Shown here: positions 7,693 through 16,342 of the stretch, piece by piece
How positions within the stretch are numbered: position 1 is the first letter of the stretch
How the letters are laid out: each line of letters begins with the position of its first letter
From: Chthonomonas calidirosea
GTDB lineage: Bacteria; Armatimonadota; Fimbriimonadia; Fimbriimonadales; Fimbriimonadaceae
Assembly (NCBI GenBank): GCA_945859975.1
Contig: CAMAPH010000004.1
Location: 64,001-128,000, forward strand
Reading direction: 5' to 3'
Length of the DNA stretch: 64,000 nt
Notes under the pieces: generated by a model
What the model was told of the DNA's origin: nothing
Seen by the model: the letters and a program-made list of their open reading frames with translations, nothing else
Database searches by the model: none
Program-made: the position numbers and the translations under genes

Positions 7693-8685
7693 ATGATCCA
7701 CGCCATCCTTCTTGCCGCCATCCCCTTCATCCCGCCAACGCTGGCCACCCAGCCGGTGCCCGACGATGCCGATGACCCCGCGATTTGGGTCAACAAATCC
7801 AATCCTTCGCAATCCCGCGTGATTGGGACCAACAAGGTTAAGCGACCAACCGGCGGACTTTACGTTTTCGACCTCGACGGCAAGGTCGTCCAAAAAATCT
7901 CTGGGCTGGATCGACCGAACAACGTCGACATCTATCAAAACTGGAACGGGCTCGATATCGCCGTTTGCACGGAGCGACTGCAGGGACGACTTCGAATCTA
8001 TAAAATCGATCCTAAGGGCACCCTGTCCGACCTCACCGGCAACACCGACGTCGCGATGAAAGGCACGGCCGACTACGGCGAGCCCATGGGCATCGCCCTT
8101 TGGAAATCGAAAATCACCGGCAACGTCTACGCCCTCGTGTCCCCTAAGCTCGGTCTGGCGGAGTCGTATCTGGAGCAATACCAGCTTAAGATGAACCCGG
8201 CGACCGCGAAAGTTGACGCGATCTTCGTCGGACGTACCGGCCAGTTCCTCGGCGGAAAAGAGATCGAATCGATCGCAACCTCGGTCGATGGGATCAGCGC
8301 CTTCTACAGCGACGAAACCTATGGCAATCGCCAACTCGTTCTTCAAGACCGCCCAAACGGCTACATGGACGCCCGTCCCGCCTGGAACACGGACTTCAAA
8401 GGCGACCACGAAGGCATTGGCCTTTGGGAGAAAGGCGCAAAACGATTCGCGGTCTTTACCGATCAGTTGAAGGACCGGAGCGTTTACACCGTGACCTCGT
8501 TCACCGGAACGCGACTCGGCCAGTTCACCGCTGGCGCAGATGAAACCGACGGCATCGCGGTCAGCTCCGCAAACCTAGGGCCAAAGTTCCCAGATGGCCT
8601 AATGGTGGTGATGGACAGCAAGAATCGGCGTTTTCTTTATTTGGGCTGGCGCGAGATCGCGCGAACGCTCAAACTAAAGAACTGA
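7693..8685 (+). CDS. phy: Beta-propeller phytase (3-phytase)
   Basis: DDADDPAIWVN, GLYVFDLDG, PNNVD, DHEGIGLW, DETDGI motifs; hydrophobic N-terminus from ATG 7693. Confidence 0.85.
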   Translation: MIHAILLAAIPFIPPTLATQPVPDDADDPAIWVNKSNPSQSRVIGTNKVKRPTGGLYVFDLDGKVVQKISGLDRPNNVDIYQNWNGLDIAVCTERLQGRLRIYKIDPKGTLSDLTGNTDVAMKGTADYGEPMGIALWKSKITGNVYALVSPKLGLAESYLEQYQLKMNPATAKVDAIFVGRTGQFLGGKEIESIATSVDGISAFYSDETYGNRQLVLQDRPNGYMDARPAWNTDFKGDHEGIGLWEKGAKRFAVFTDQLKDRSVYTVTSFTGTRLGQFTAGADETDGIAVSSANLGPKFPDGLMVVMDSKNRRFLYLGWREIARTLKLKN

Positions 8686-9797
8686 TGCCAGAAACCGAGA
8701 AGCCAGAGCACGAACGACCGGCGAGCCCCTGGGCGTTCCAGGTCGCGGTCGTTGCTGGCATCCCCGTTCGGCTTCACATCACGTTCCTCCTGTTCCTCGT
8801 TTGGATCGGCTGGACCGGTCAAAGCCAATCCGGTTGGCAATGGCCGATCTACGTTCTCGCGGTGTTCTTCTGCGTCGTGCTTCACGAATTCGGCCACGCC
8901 CTGACCGCCAAAAAGTACGGCATCAAAACCACGAACATCACGCTTTATCCGATCGGCGGAGTGGCGATGCTAGAAAGTCGCCCGACCGCAAAGCAGGAGC
9001 TTTGGGTGACCATCATGGGGCCAGCGGTGAACGTCGTCATCGCCGGGTTGCTGTACCTCTACATGTGGATTTCGCCGCAGCAGTTTCAGCTGACCAGCGA
9101 CATTCGCGTCGGCGGAATTCTGCCTGCGCTCTTTTTCACAAACATCTCCCTTGCCTTGTTTAATCTCATCCCGGCGTTCCCGATGGATGGAGGAAGGATT
9201 CTGCGCGCCGCGCTTTCGCTTCGATTGGGCGAGTTGCGAGCGACCCGGATCGCGGCCGGAGTTGGCCAAGTTGTCGCCATCGGGCTTGGCGTTGCGGGCA
9301 TCATCACCAGCCAGGTGATCCTGATGTTAATCGCCTTCTTCGTTTTCCTGGTAGCAGGGCAAGAGCTCACCTCGACCGTCACCCGATCTCTCCTGGCGGG
9401 CCGAAAAGTTCGCGATGCGATGATGCGAAACTTCGCCACTCTCCCGCACGGAACCACCCTTCAAGAAGCCAGCGAATTGCTGATCGCGGGCAGCCAAACC
9501 GACTTTCCCGTGACCTCGGGCAGCGACGTGCTCGGAATTCTCGAACGAAGCGAACTATCCATTGGCCTCACCGAAGATGGCCCCCACGCTTACGTTGCCG
9601 GTCGGATGAACCGTAACGCCAACCGTTGCCGACCCGATGACGACCTAGAGTGGGCCGCCGAACAATTCGCCGCCGCCGGAAGACGTCCCGTGCTTGTCAT
9701 GGAAGGCGACGACCTTGTGGGCATGCTCACTCAGGAGAACCTGAGCGAGTTCATCATGCTCCAAGACGCTGCCTCGCGCCGGAAAAAGACTGGCTAA
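8685..9797 (+). CDS. Site-2 protease (M50) with tandem CBS domains
   Basis: HEFGH, NLIPAFPMDGGR, C-terminal CBS pair. Confidence 0.92.
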   Translation: MPETEKPEHERPASPWAFQVAVVAGIPVRLHITFLLFLVWIGWTGQSQSGWQWPIYVLAVFFCVVLHEFGHALTAKKYGIKTTNITLYPIGGVAMLESRPTAKQELWVTIMGPAVNVVIAGLLYLYMWISPQQFQLTSDIRVGGILPALFFTNISLALFNLIPAFPMDGGRILRAALSLRLGELRATRIAAGVGQVVAIGLGVAGIITSQVILMLIAFFVFLVAGQELTSTVTRSLLAGRKVRDAMMRNFATLPHGTTLQEASELLIAGSQTDFPVTSGSDVLGILERSELSIGLTEDGPHAYVAGRMNRNANRCRPDDDLEWAAEQFAAAGRRPVLVMEGDDLVGMLTQENLSEFIMLQDAASRRKKTG

Positions 9798-11071
9798 TCC
9801 AGTTCCCAGTAGGAGGCAGTGGTGCAGAGGAAGGCCGAAAATCTCGCAGTCTGCGCAAAAGCCAAAAACTCGGGGTAGCCCTTTGGGCAGCGGATCGGGC
9901 CGAGATGAACAACTTCAAAGCCCCAGGACCGCGCTGTCTCCACTTGAAATTGCCAGGTCTCATTCGTGCGATTAATCGCCTCCGCGTGGCTCTGGTGAAC
10001 GTTCGGACTCGCACAAAACGCCACCCCATCCCAAGCTTGCGACGGGCGATTCCGATTGAGTTCGGTGAAATTGCCAGAACTTCCGGCAATGAGAGACGCT
10101 TCGGGAAGGAGCTGTCTGAACTCCACAAGCTTATTTTCTAGCCTTTGATAGTCCGTGATGACTACCCCGGCTACGTCAGCACCCTTCGCCACAAGAACTT
10201 CTAGCCTAGAAGTTGGATCACCAAGAAGCCATACAAGCGGACAAGGATCGTGCGGCAGCAGCGCATCTAAGGCCGCGGTGAACTGATCAACCGAGTCATC
10301 TGCGCTACTCCAGAGCGTGATTGCCCCGTCCAAATCCGTGCTGTCGAATGCTTGCGAATCGACAGTCGTGCGCGAACGCGAATTGTATGTTCGCTGGTCT
10401 CTTGGATTCTTGACGAGTCGAATCGTCACCGCCTGGTGGACCGGCACCCCGGCCGGCAACAAATACGGCCTCGGAAGTCTCGCCGGTCGGCCGTAGGTCT
10501 TAAACGAATAGTCCGACCAATTCCGCTGGTCCTCCATCTCGAAAACTTCGTGCTCAAACTCGAATGAAACTAAATGTCCTGCGACCTCATGCTCAAGCTT
10601 TTGAATGTCAAAGAACGGTTCGTGAGGCGAGATAAGCGTGGGGAATCTTCCGTGCGTTTGTGTGCCGTCTGGATGTGTCACGACGACTCTCTCCGCATGG
10701 ACCTCGTCTGGGTTATGCAAGACGCAGAACCCGGTTCGGCAGGTCTCAAAGTCACGTTGCGGAGTCGCAACGAGCTCGTAGCGCACCTCAAATTCTTTCA
10801 CTATCACGTGAACTTCAAGCTTGACCGCAACCGTGCCGTTGTCCACGGCATCACCCGTCCAGAACAGCTCAGCGCTTTCGCCAACTTTCTCTTCCACGCG
10901 TAGCACGGCATTTCGAATCTCCAGCGTGCCCCATTGTGAATTCCGGACTGCCGGATACAGGTCTTCGACAAAGTGAATGTTCCCGAGGCTTACGGTGGAA
11001 ACCGCTCCGCGAGCCGGATCGAATTGAATGAAGAATTCACCGAAATCGATCTGATAACCAGGCTGACTCAT
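9794..11071 (-). CDS. Hypothetical protein, D-apionate lactonase-like family
   Basis: RTGFCVLH, FEMEDQRNWSDYSFKTY and GNFTELNRNRP motifs, as I recall them for the ApnL-like family. Confidence 0.55.
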   Translation of the reverse strand: MSQPGYQIDFGEFFIQFDPARGAVSTVSLGNIHFVEDLYPAVRNSQWGTLEIRNAVLRVEEKVGESAELFWTGDAVDNGTVAVKLEVHVIVKEFEVRYELVATPQRDFETCRTGFCVLHNPDEVHAERVVVTHPDGTQTHGRFPTLISPHEPFFDIQKLEHEVAGHLVSFEFEHEVFEMEDQRNWSDYSFKTYGRPARLPRPYLLPAGVPVHQAVTIRLVKNPRDQRTYNSRSRTTVDSQAFDSTDLDGAITLWSSADDSVDQFTAALDALLPHDPCPLVWLLGDPTSRLEVLVAKGADVAGVVITDYQRLENKLVEFRQLLPEASLIAGSSGNFTELNRNRPSQAWDGVAFCASPNVHQSHAEAINRTNETWQFQVETARSWGFEVVHLGPIRCPKGYPEFLAFAQTARFSAFLCTTASYWELD

Positions 11072-12675
11072 GCTTTCACCAAATTCCGCTTCCAATCCGC
11101 TTGCCTATGGAAAAAGATCTTGGGATTCTTGTCGATCAGATAGCCCAAGTGCCACTCCGAGCCAATGAGTACCGCTGGCTCACCGGTTCGAGTAAGTACG
11201 GCCTTCGCGTTCGACCCCCAATACACCGCGGCGATCTCCGCCTCGTCGCCCTCAAGCCAGCACATCAGGTCGTAGGAAAGCGGCTCCAGCATGGTCTTAA
11301 CGCCGTACTCGGCCTCTAGCCGGTACTGAATAACTTCAAACTGCAGCCGGCCAACCACACCGAGAATCGGGTTTCGCTGCGATGATTTCGGATCGAAGAA
11401 CACATCCGAAAGCCCCTCGTCGCAAAGCTGCTCGAACCCTTTTTCAAAGTGCTTAAACCGGTCGATGCTCCGGTTCACGAGCGTCGCAAACATTTCCGGC
11501 GCGAACGGCGTTACCTCATGAAAAGTCCGCGTCCCCTTGGCCGAAAGCGAGTCGCCAAGAATGAACGCTCCCGGATTTGTAAGACCCACGATATCGCCCG
11601 CATAGGCTTCCTCCACCGTCTCGCGGTCGTTAGCAAAAAGACGCTGGGGACGCGTCAGGCGGATCTGCTTGCCCATCCGCGCGTGGTTCACCTGCATGTC
11701 TTTCTCAAACCGCCCGCTGACCACCCGCATGAACGCTATGCGGTCACGGTGGTTCGGATCCATATTCGCCTGAATCTTGAAGATGAAACCGCTGAAAACT
11801 TCATCCTCAGGCTGAACTTCCACCTCGTCGGCGGTCCGGCTCTCCGGCGGTGGAGCCATACCAAGGAAGCGGTTAAGGAATAGCTCTACCCCGAAGTTCC
11901 AGATCGCCGAGCCAAAGAAGACCGGTGACAACTCACCCGCGAGAACCTTTTCCTGATCAAACTCTTCTCCAGCGATGCTGATGAGTTCGATCTCTTCCTT
12001 CAGGCGGGACAACTCCTGCGGCGTCAACGCCGCTCGTGCCTCGTCGGAGTCGAGCGGGAACACATCAACCGTCGCCTTCTGCGATCCGCCACCAACGCGG
12101 TTGAACAAATGCACCGTTTCCGACTCCCGGTCATAGATGCCTCGGAATTCGTCGCCCTGCCCGATGGGCCAGTTCATCGGCACGTTCTTGATGCCCAGAG
12201 TGTCCTCAACTTCCGTCAAAAGGTCCAGCGGACCAATGCCCGGGTGGTCCATTTTGTTGATGAACGTAAAAATCGGAATCCCCCGCTGGCGGCAAACGGC
12301 GAAGAGCTTTTTCGTCTGCGTTTCCACGCCTTTGGCGTTATCGATGAGCATCACCGCGCTATCGGCGGCGGTCAGCGTTCGGTAAGTATCCGCCGAGAAA
12401 TCATCGTGGCCGGGGGTGTCGAGCAGGTTCAGGACGTGATCGCGGTATTCGAACTGCAACACGGTCGAGGTGACCGAAATCCCTCGCTGCTTCTCAAGCT
12501 CCATCCAGTCCGAGGTCGCTTTGCGCTGATTCTTCTTCGCGGTGACGGTGCCAGCAAGCTGAATCGCACCTCCATAAAGCAGCAGCTTTTCGGTGAGGGT
12601 CGTCTTCCCCGCGTCGGGGTGGGAGATGATGGCAAAGGTTCGCCTTCGCGCAATTTCGGAAGCCAGTGCTGCCAC
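11068..12675 (-). CDS. prfC: Peptide chain release factor 3
   Basis: RRTFAIISHPDAGKTTLTEKLLL, SDWMELEKQRGISV, FKIQANMDPNHRDRIAF. Confidence 0.97.
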   Translation of the reverse strand: MAALASEIARRRTFAIISHPDAGKTTLTEKLLLYGGAIQLAGTVTAKKNQRKATSDWMELEKQRGISVTSTVLQFEYRDHVLNLLDTPGHDDFSADTYRTLTAADSAVMLIDNAKGVETQTKKLFAVCRQRGIPIFTFINKMDHPGIGPLDLLTEVEDTLGIKNVPMNWPIGQGDEFRGIYDRESETVHLFNRVGGGSQKATVDVFPLDSDEARAALTPQELSRLKEEIELISIAGEEFDQEKVLAGELSPVFFGSAIWNFGVELFLNRFLGMAPPPESRTADEVEVQPEDEVFSGFIFKIQANMDPNHRDRIAFMRVVSGRFEKDMQVNHARMGKQIRLTRPQRLFANDRETVEEAYAGDIVGLTNPGAFILGDSLSAKGTRTFHEVTPFAPEMFATLVNRSIDRFKHFEKGFEQLCDEGLSDVFFDPKSSQRNPILGVVGRLQFEVIQYRLEAEYGVKTMLEPLSYDLMCWLEGDEAEIAAVYWGSNAKAVLTRTGEPAVLIGSEWHLGYLIDKNPKIFFHRQADWKRNLVKA

Positions 12676-12708
12676 GTCGGGAGATTGTACTTTGCGCCGG
12701 GTGGCCGC

Positions 12709-13704
12709 TCAATCTCGCGACGCCGTAAAGAAGCCACCGTAGTCCGCCTTGCGATCTCTCCAAACCGAATGGAAATGCACTTTGTCTGGGAAGTTCGCCC
12801 CCGGCTGGCAGATGAACTCGATCCACACGCTCGGTCCGTCGATTCGCACGTAGTCACCCGGCTTGCTCTGGGCGGTCGTCCCAGAAATCGCAACTCGCGT
12901 CTCGCCGAGTTCGGCAAAGTACCGCTTCTGGTAGGCATTGGCAAACGGCGAATCGCCGGTGTAAGCGATGATCGCTTTCTTGACCCAAGCTTGCGATGCC
13001 GGCGAGAGCTCGGTCACCGGGACACCCTGTCGAGCAGGAAACTTTCCGTCTCGCCCAGGCCCCACTACGACGTCGCCAAACGAATCCTTCAGCGTCGCCT
13101 TCGTAACTTGGTCTGGCGTGAGCGATTTGGCCAGCCCCGTGATCGCCGCTCGAACATTCGCGATCGGTGTAACGGTCTTTCCGTTAGATTCGAAGGACTC
13201 GGGCTCTAGCCCGAGGAAGTACGGCGAACTCCAGCCGCTCTCACCCTTGATCGTAATGTTCGCGGCAATGTGATGCCCACCCAACTGGATCATCCACGGC
13301 TCGGTGCGAGATGGCTCTCCCAAAATGGCGACGATGTACTGATTCGAGCTGTACGAGCCTGGACGGATTTTCTCCAACACTCCATCCGCTGCCCGAATGG
13401 ATTGGAACCGATCGAAACCTTTCGAACCAAGGACGGTCCGCGCAAGCTTAAGCGCTGCAGCGAGTTGGGGTCCGTTCAAGTCGCTGAACTGTACACCGTT
13501 CCGAATCTGAACTCCACCGGGCAAGTTGCTCCACTTTGCCGCCGATTCCTTGGTCAGCGGCAGTTTGGCCTTACCCACCTGAGCTGGTGTGAGCGTGGCA
13601 AGAAAGTCTTGCGTTGCTGCATAGATTGGGTGTTCAGACCGCATCGTAGTTGGAGGCAGCGCCATGGCTTGGAGAAGAAGCAATCCGAGAAGTTGGTGCG
13701 CCAC
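12709..13704 (-). CDS. Secreted DUF3500-like protein
   Basis: Signal peptide; WSNLP, GGHHIAAN, YVRIDGPSVWIEF, HFHSVWRD. Confidence 0.75.
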   Translation of the reverse strand: MAHQLLGLLLLQAMALPPTTMRSEHPIYAATQDFLATLTPAQVGKAKLPLTKESAAKWSNLPGGVQIRNGVQFSDLNGPQLAAALKLARTVLGSKGFDRFQSIRAADGVLEKIRPGSYSSNQYIVAILGEPSRTEPWMIQLGGHHIAANITIKGESGWSSPYFLGLEPESFESNGKTVTPIANVRAAITGLAKSLTPDQVTKATLKDSFGDVVVGPGRDGKFPARQGVPVTELSPASQAWVKKAIIAYTGDSPFANAYQKRYFAELGETRVAISGTTAQSKPGDYVRIDGPSVWIEFICQPGANFPDKVHFHSVWRDRKADYGGFFTASRD

Positions 13705-13807
13705 GGGAAAAGTTTAGAGGATTTGCCAGGAGCGCGATAGAGCGACTTTCGTTCGCGGCCCTAGCGGAGTGCCAGTCTCACCGTATATTGTAAGTGTGGG
13801 CGGGCCA

Positions 13808-14065
13808 ATGAACGAGGTCGAACAGTACGGAACAATTGCCATCCGGGAAATGCAAGAAGCACTTTCCCGTAGCCGTTCGGTGCTGTATGCCTTGTTCGGT
13901 GAAGTCGCAGGTGAGCAGATTCGGACAAACCGCGACCTTCGACCCCTCGTTTCTCAAGTTGTCCAATCGAAGGGGCAAGACCAAATTGCCGTGAATGCCC
14001 TCAGAACCGCTGCCGAGCTTGCACTTCCTAATTTAGGGAAGACCGAACTGACATCGGCGTTGTGA
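13808..14065 (+). CDS. Small hypothetical protein
   Basis: ORF filling the gap upstream of rpmG; start uncertain (13769 or 13808). Confidence 0.5.
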   Translation: MNEVEQYGTIAIREMQEALSRSRSVLYALFGEVAGEQIRTNRDLRPLVSQVVQSKGQDQIAVNALRTAAELALPNLGKTELTSAL

Positions 14066-14156
14066 ACGTGATCTCTGTCCCCCGCCGGTGAAGGCAGGAA
14101 ACCGCCCGGAAAGATCTGTAAAAGATGAGGAATTGATACTTCTCGGGGCTAGAGCC

Positions 14157-14186
14157 TTGCATCCTGGCGGACACTTCAGGGATAAT
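14157..14186 (+). promoter_or_regulatory. Putative sigma70 promoter of rpmG-rpmF
   Basis: TTGCAT-N18-GATAAT. Confidence 0.45.
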
Positions 14187-14232
14187 CTTAGGTCCGATAG
14201 GCGGAAGTACGCCTGACGGTCCCAGGAGAATC

Positions 14233-14400
14233 ATGGCAAAGAAATCTGAAGCGCGCGAAATCATTCGCGTGGTGTGCACCGAAGACGGTAAGAACTACTA
14301 CACCACCACGAAGAACAAGCGCAACACCACCGAGCGACTTGAGCTCAACAAGTACAACCCCCGACTCCGCAAGGTGACCTTGCACCGGGAGAAGAAGTAA
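14233..14400 (+). CDS. rpmG: 50S ribosomal protein L33 (absent from the ORF track)
   Basis: Manual translation [62 protein letters not shown]. Confidence 0.95.
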   Translation: MAKKSEAREIIRVVCTEDGKNYYTTTKNKRNTTERLELNKYNPRLRKVTLHREKK

Positions 14401-14401
14401 G

Positions 14402-14590
14402 ATGCCAAACCCAAAACGACGTTTTAGCCACCAGCGAACGGCACTGCGCCGAACTCACTACACCACCGACCTGCCAGAGATTCAGCTGAACAAGCAGGCT
14501 AGCAGTGAGCCATTCTTCCTTCGCTTCCATGCCAATTCCGACGGCGTCTACAAGGGCCGTCAGCTTCCCGGCTTCAAGCAGAAGGGCTAA
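14402..14590 (+). CDS. rpmF: 50S ribosomal protein L32
   Basis: MPNPKRRFSHQRTALRRTH...GVYKGRQ. Confidence 0.9.
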   Translation: MPNPKRRFSHQRTALRRTHYTTDLPEIQLNKQASSEPFFLRFHANSDGVYKGRQLPGFKQKG

Positions 14591-14611
14591 TCACCCGCCA
14601 AAACCTGGGGC

Positions 14612-14654
14612 AAAGACCCATCCAATCCGACCGGTTGGATGGGTCTTTCTGTTT
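14612..14654 (+). terminator. Rho-independent terminator after rpmG-rpmF
   Basis: AAAGACCCATCCAA...TTGGATGGGTCTTT followed by CTGTTT. Confidence 0.8.
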
Positions 14655-14680
14655 GTCCGAGACGTCTAGATAAGTGCCGC

Positions 14681-16342
14681 ATGATCGTAGAGCTAACCGT
14701 CGAGAATTTGGCCATCATCGAACGCGCCGAGCTCCAAATGGGACCGGGCTTCACCGCGCTGTCCGGCGAGACCGGCGCGGGCAAATCGCTGCTTATTGAC
14801 GCCATCGAGCTCGCCATGGGTGAACGAGCCGACACCGAACTCGTGCGCACCGGCGCTCCCAAGGCCAGCGTCCAAGTCGTCTTCGATCTCTCTAGCCAAC
14901 CTGCCCTGCGCGAAAAATGTGCCGACTTTGGGGTCGATCTCACCGAAAATCTACTCTTCGTGCAAAGAGAGGTCATGGCCGAAGGCCGGTCCGTTGCCCG
15001 ACTGAACGGCAAGACTTGTCCGGTAGGAACTTTGCGTGCGCTTGGGCCGCTCTTGGTCGATCTCCACGGCCAACACGATCACCAGGCCCTTCTCGACCCC
15101 GTGCGGCATTTGGCGTATCTCGACGCCTGGATTGGCCCAGAGCTCACTCCACTGCTTTCGGCGGTCGCAGACCGACTTGTTGCGTACCGCGCGGCCCATC
15201 AAGCTCTCCGTGCCTTTCGGTCGAACATTAGAGACCGCGAGCACAAGCTCGACCTGCTGCGATTCCAAGTCAAAGAAATCGAAACCGTGTCTCCCGTCGC
15301 GGGCGAATATGAAGAACTCGAATCCGCTCTCCAGCGACTGAAGTACTCCGAAAAGCTCGCCGAAGGGGTCTTCACCGCCCTGTCTGCCGTCGCCGATGCG
15401 GAAGTCAATGCCCAAGACCAACTTGGCCATGGTGCCCGGAGCCTGCAATCCCTCCTCAAATTCGACGAAGCCCTCCAAGCCCCCCTCGACCGCCTGACGG
15501 CAGCAATGGCCGAACTCGATGAAGCCATCTCCTACCTCCGCGACTACGCTGAGTCGCTCGATGCCGACCCCGGTCGGCTAGATGAAGTCACCGAGCGCAT
15601 GGATGCCCTCAAGCGACTGCGGCGAAAGTACGGCGAAAACGAAGCCGCCATCCTCGAATTCCTCATCAAAGCCCAAAACGAGCTTGCCCTTCTGGAAGAC
15701 GCCGAGGCAAGCGAGGATTCGCTCTTGGATGCAGAGAAGAAGGCAGCATCCGAACTCAGAGCGGCTTGCGCAAAAGTCACTTCCCTACGGCTCGCCAAAG
15801 GCATCGACTTCGCCGAAATCGTCGCCGATCAGCTTCGCGACCTTGGCATGGAGCGGGCAAAGTTCGACGTTCAGCGAACCGACAAAGAACCCGACGAATC
15901 CGGGGCCGACGAACTCATCTTTCTTTTCTCCGCCAACGCCGGCGAAGACCCGAAGCCGCTCAACAAAATCGCCAGCGGCGGAGAAATGAGCCGCGTCATG
16001 CTCGCTATCAAAACCGCTCTCGCCGGGCGCGCCGGAGTTCCGACGCTGATCTTCGACGAAGTCGACGCCGGTCTCGGCGGACGCACCGCCGCCATCGTCG
16101 CCCGCAAACTGGCCGAACTTGCGACTCACTACCAAGTGCTCGTCATCTCCCACTCTCCCCAAATCGCGAGCCGAGCGACAACTCACTTCCGAATTTCAAA
16201 AGCCGAGTCCAACGGCCGCGTCACGACCCGAATTGTCGGGCTTCAGCCAAAGGAACGCGAAGAAGAAATCGCCCGCATGCTCGCGGGCGAACACGTCACC
16301 GAATCCGCCCTCGCAAACGCAAGAGAGCTACTCGGTCTTTAG
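14681..16342 (+). CDS. recN: DNA repair protein RecN
   Basis: GETGAGKS, LHGQHDHQ, ASGGEMSR, IFDEVD. Confidence 0.96.
   Translation: MIVELTVENLAIIERAELQMGPGFTALSGETGAGKSLLIDAIELAMGERADTELVRTGAPKASVQVVFDLSSQPALREKCADFGVDLTENLLFVQREVMAEGRSVARLNGKTCPVGTLRALGPLLVDLHGQHDHQALLDPVRHLAYLDAWIGPELTPLLSAVADRLVAYRAAHQALRAFRSNIRDREHKLDLLRFQVKEIETVSPVAGEYEELESALQRLKYSEKLAEGVFTALSAVADAEVNAQDQLGHGARSLQSLLKFDEALQAPLDRLTAAMAELDEAISYLRDYAESLDADPGRLDEVTERMDALKRLRRKYGENEAAILEFLIKAQNELALLEDAEASEDSLLDAEKKAASELRAACAKVTSLRLAKGIDFAEIVADQLRDLGMERAKFDVQRTDKEPDESGADELIFLFSANAGEDPKPLNKIASGGEMSRVMLAIKTALAGRAGVPTLIFDEVDAGLGGRTAAIVARKLAELATHYQVLVISHSPQIASRATTHFRISKAESNGRVTTRIVGLQPKEREEEIARMLAGEHVTESALANARELLGL

Noticed and set aside
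14157..14232. Zur box upstream of the C-minus rpmG-rpmF
   Set aside because: No convincing AT-rich palindrome; GATAAT is better explained as a -10 element.
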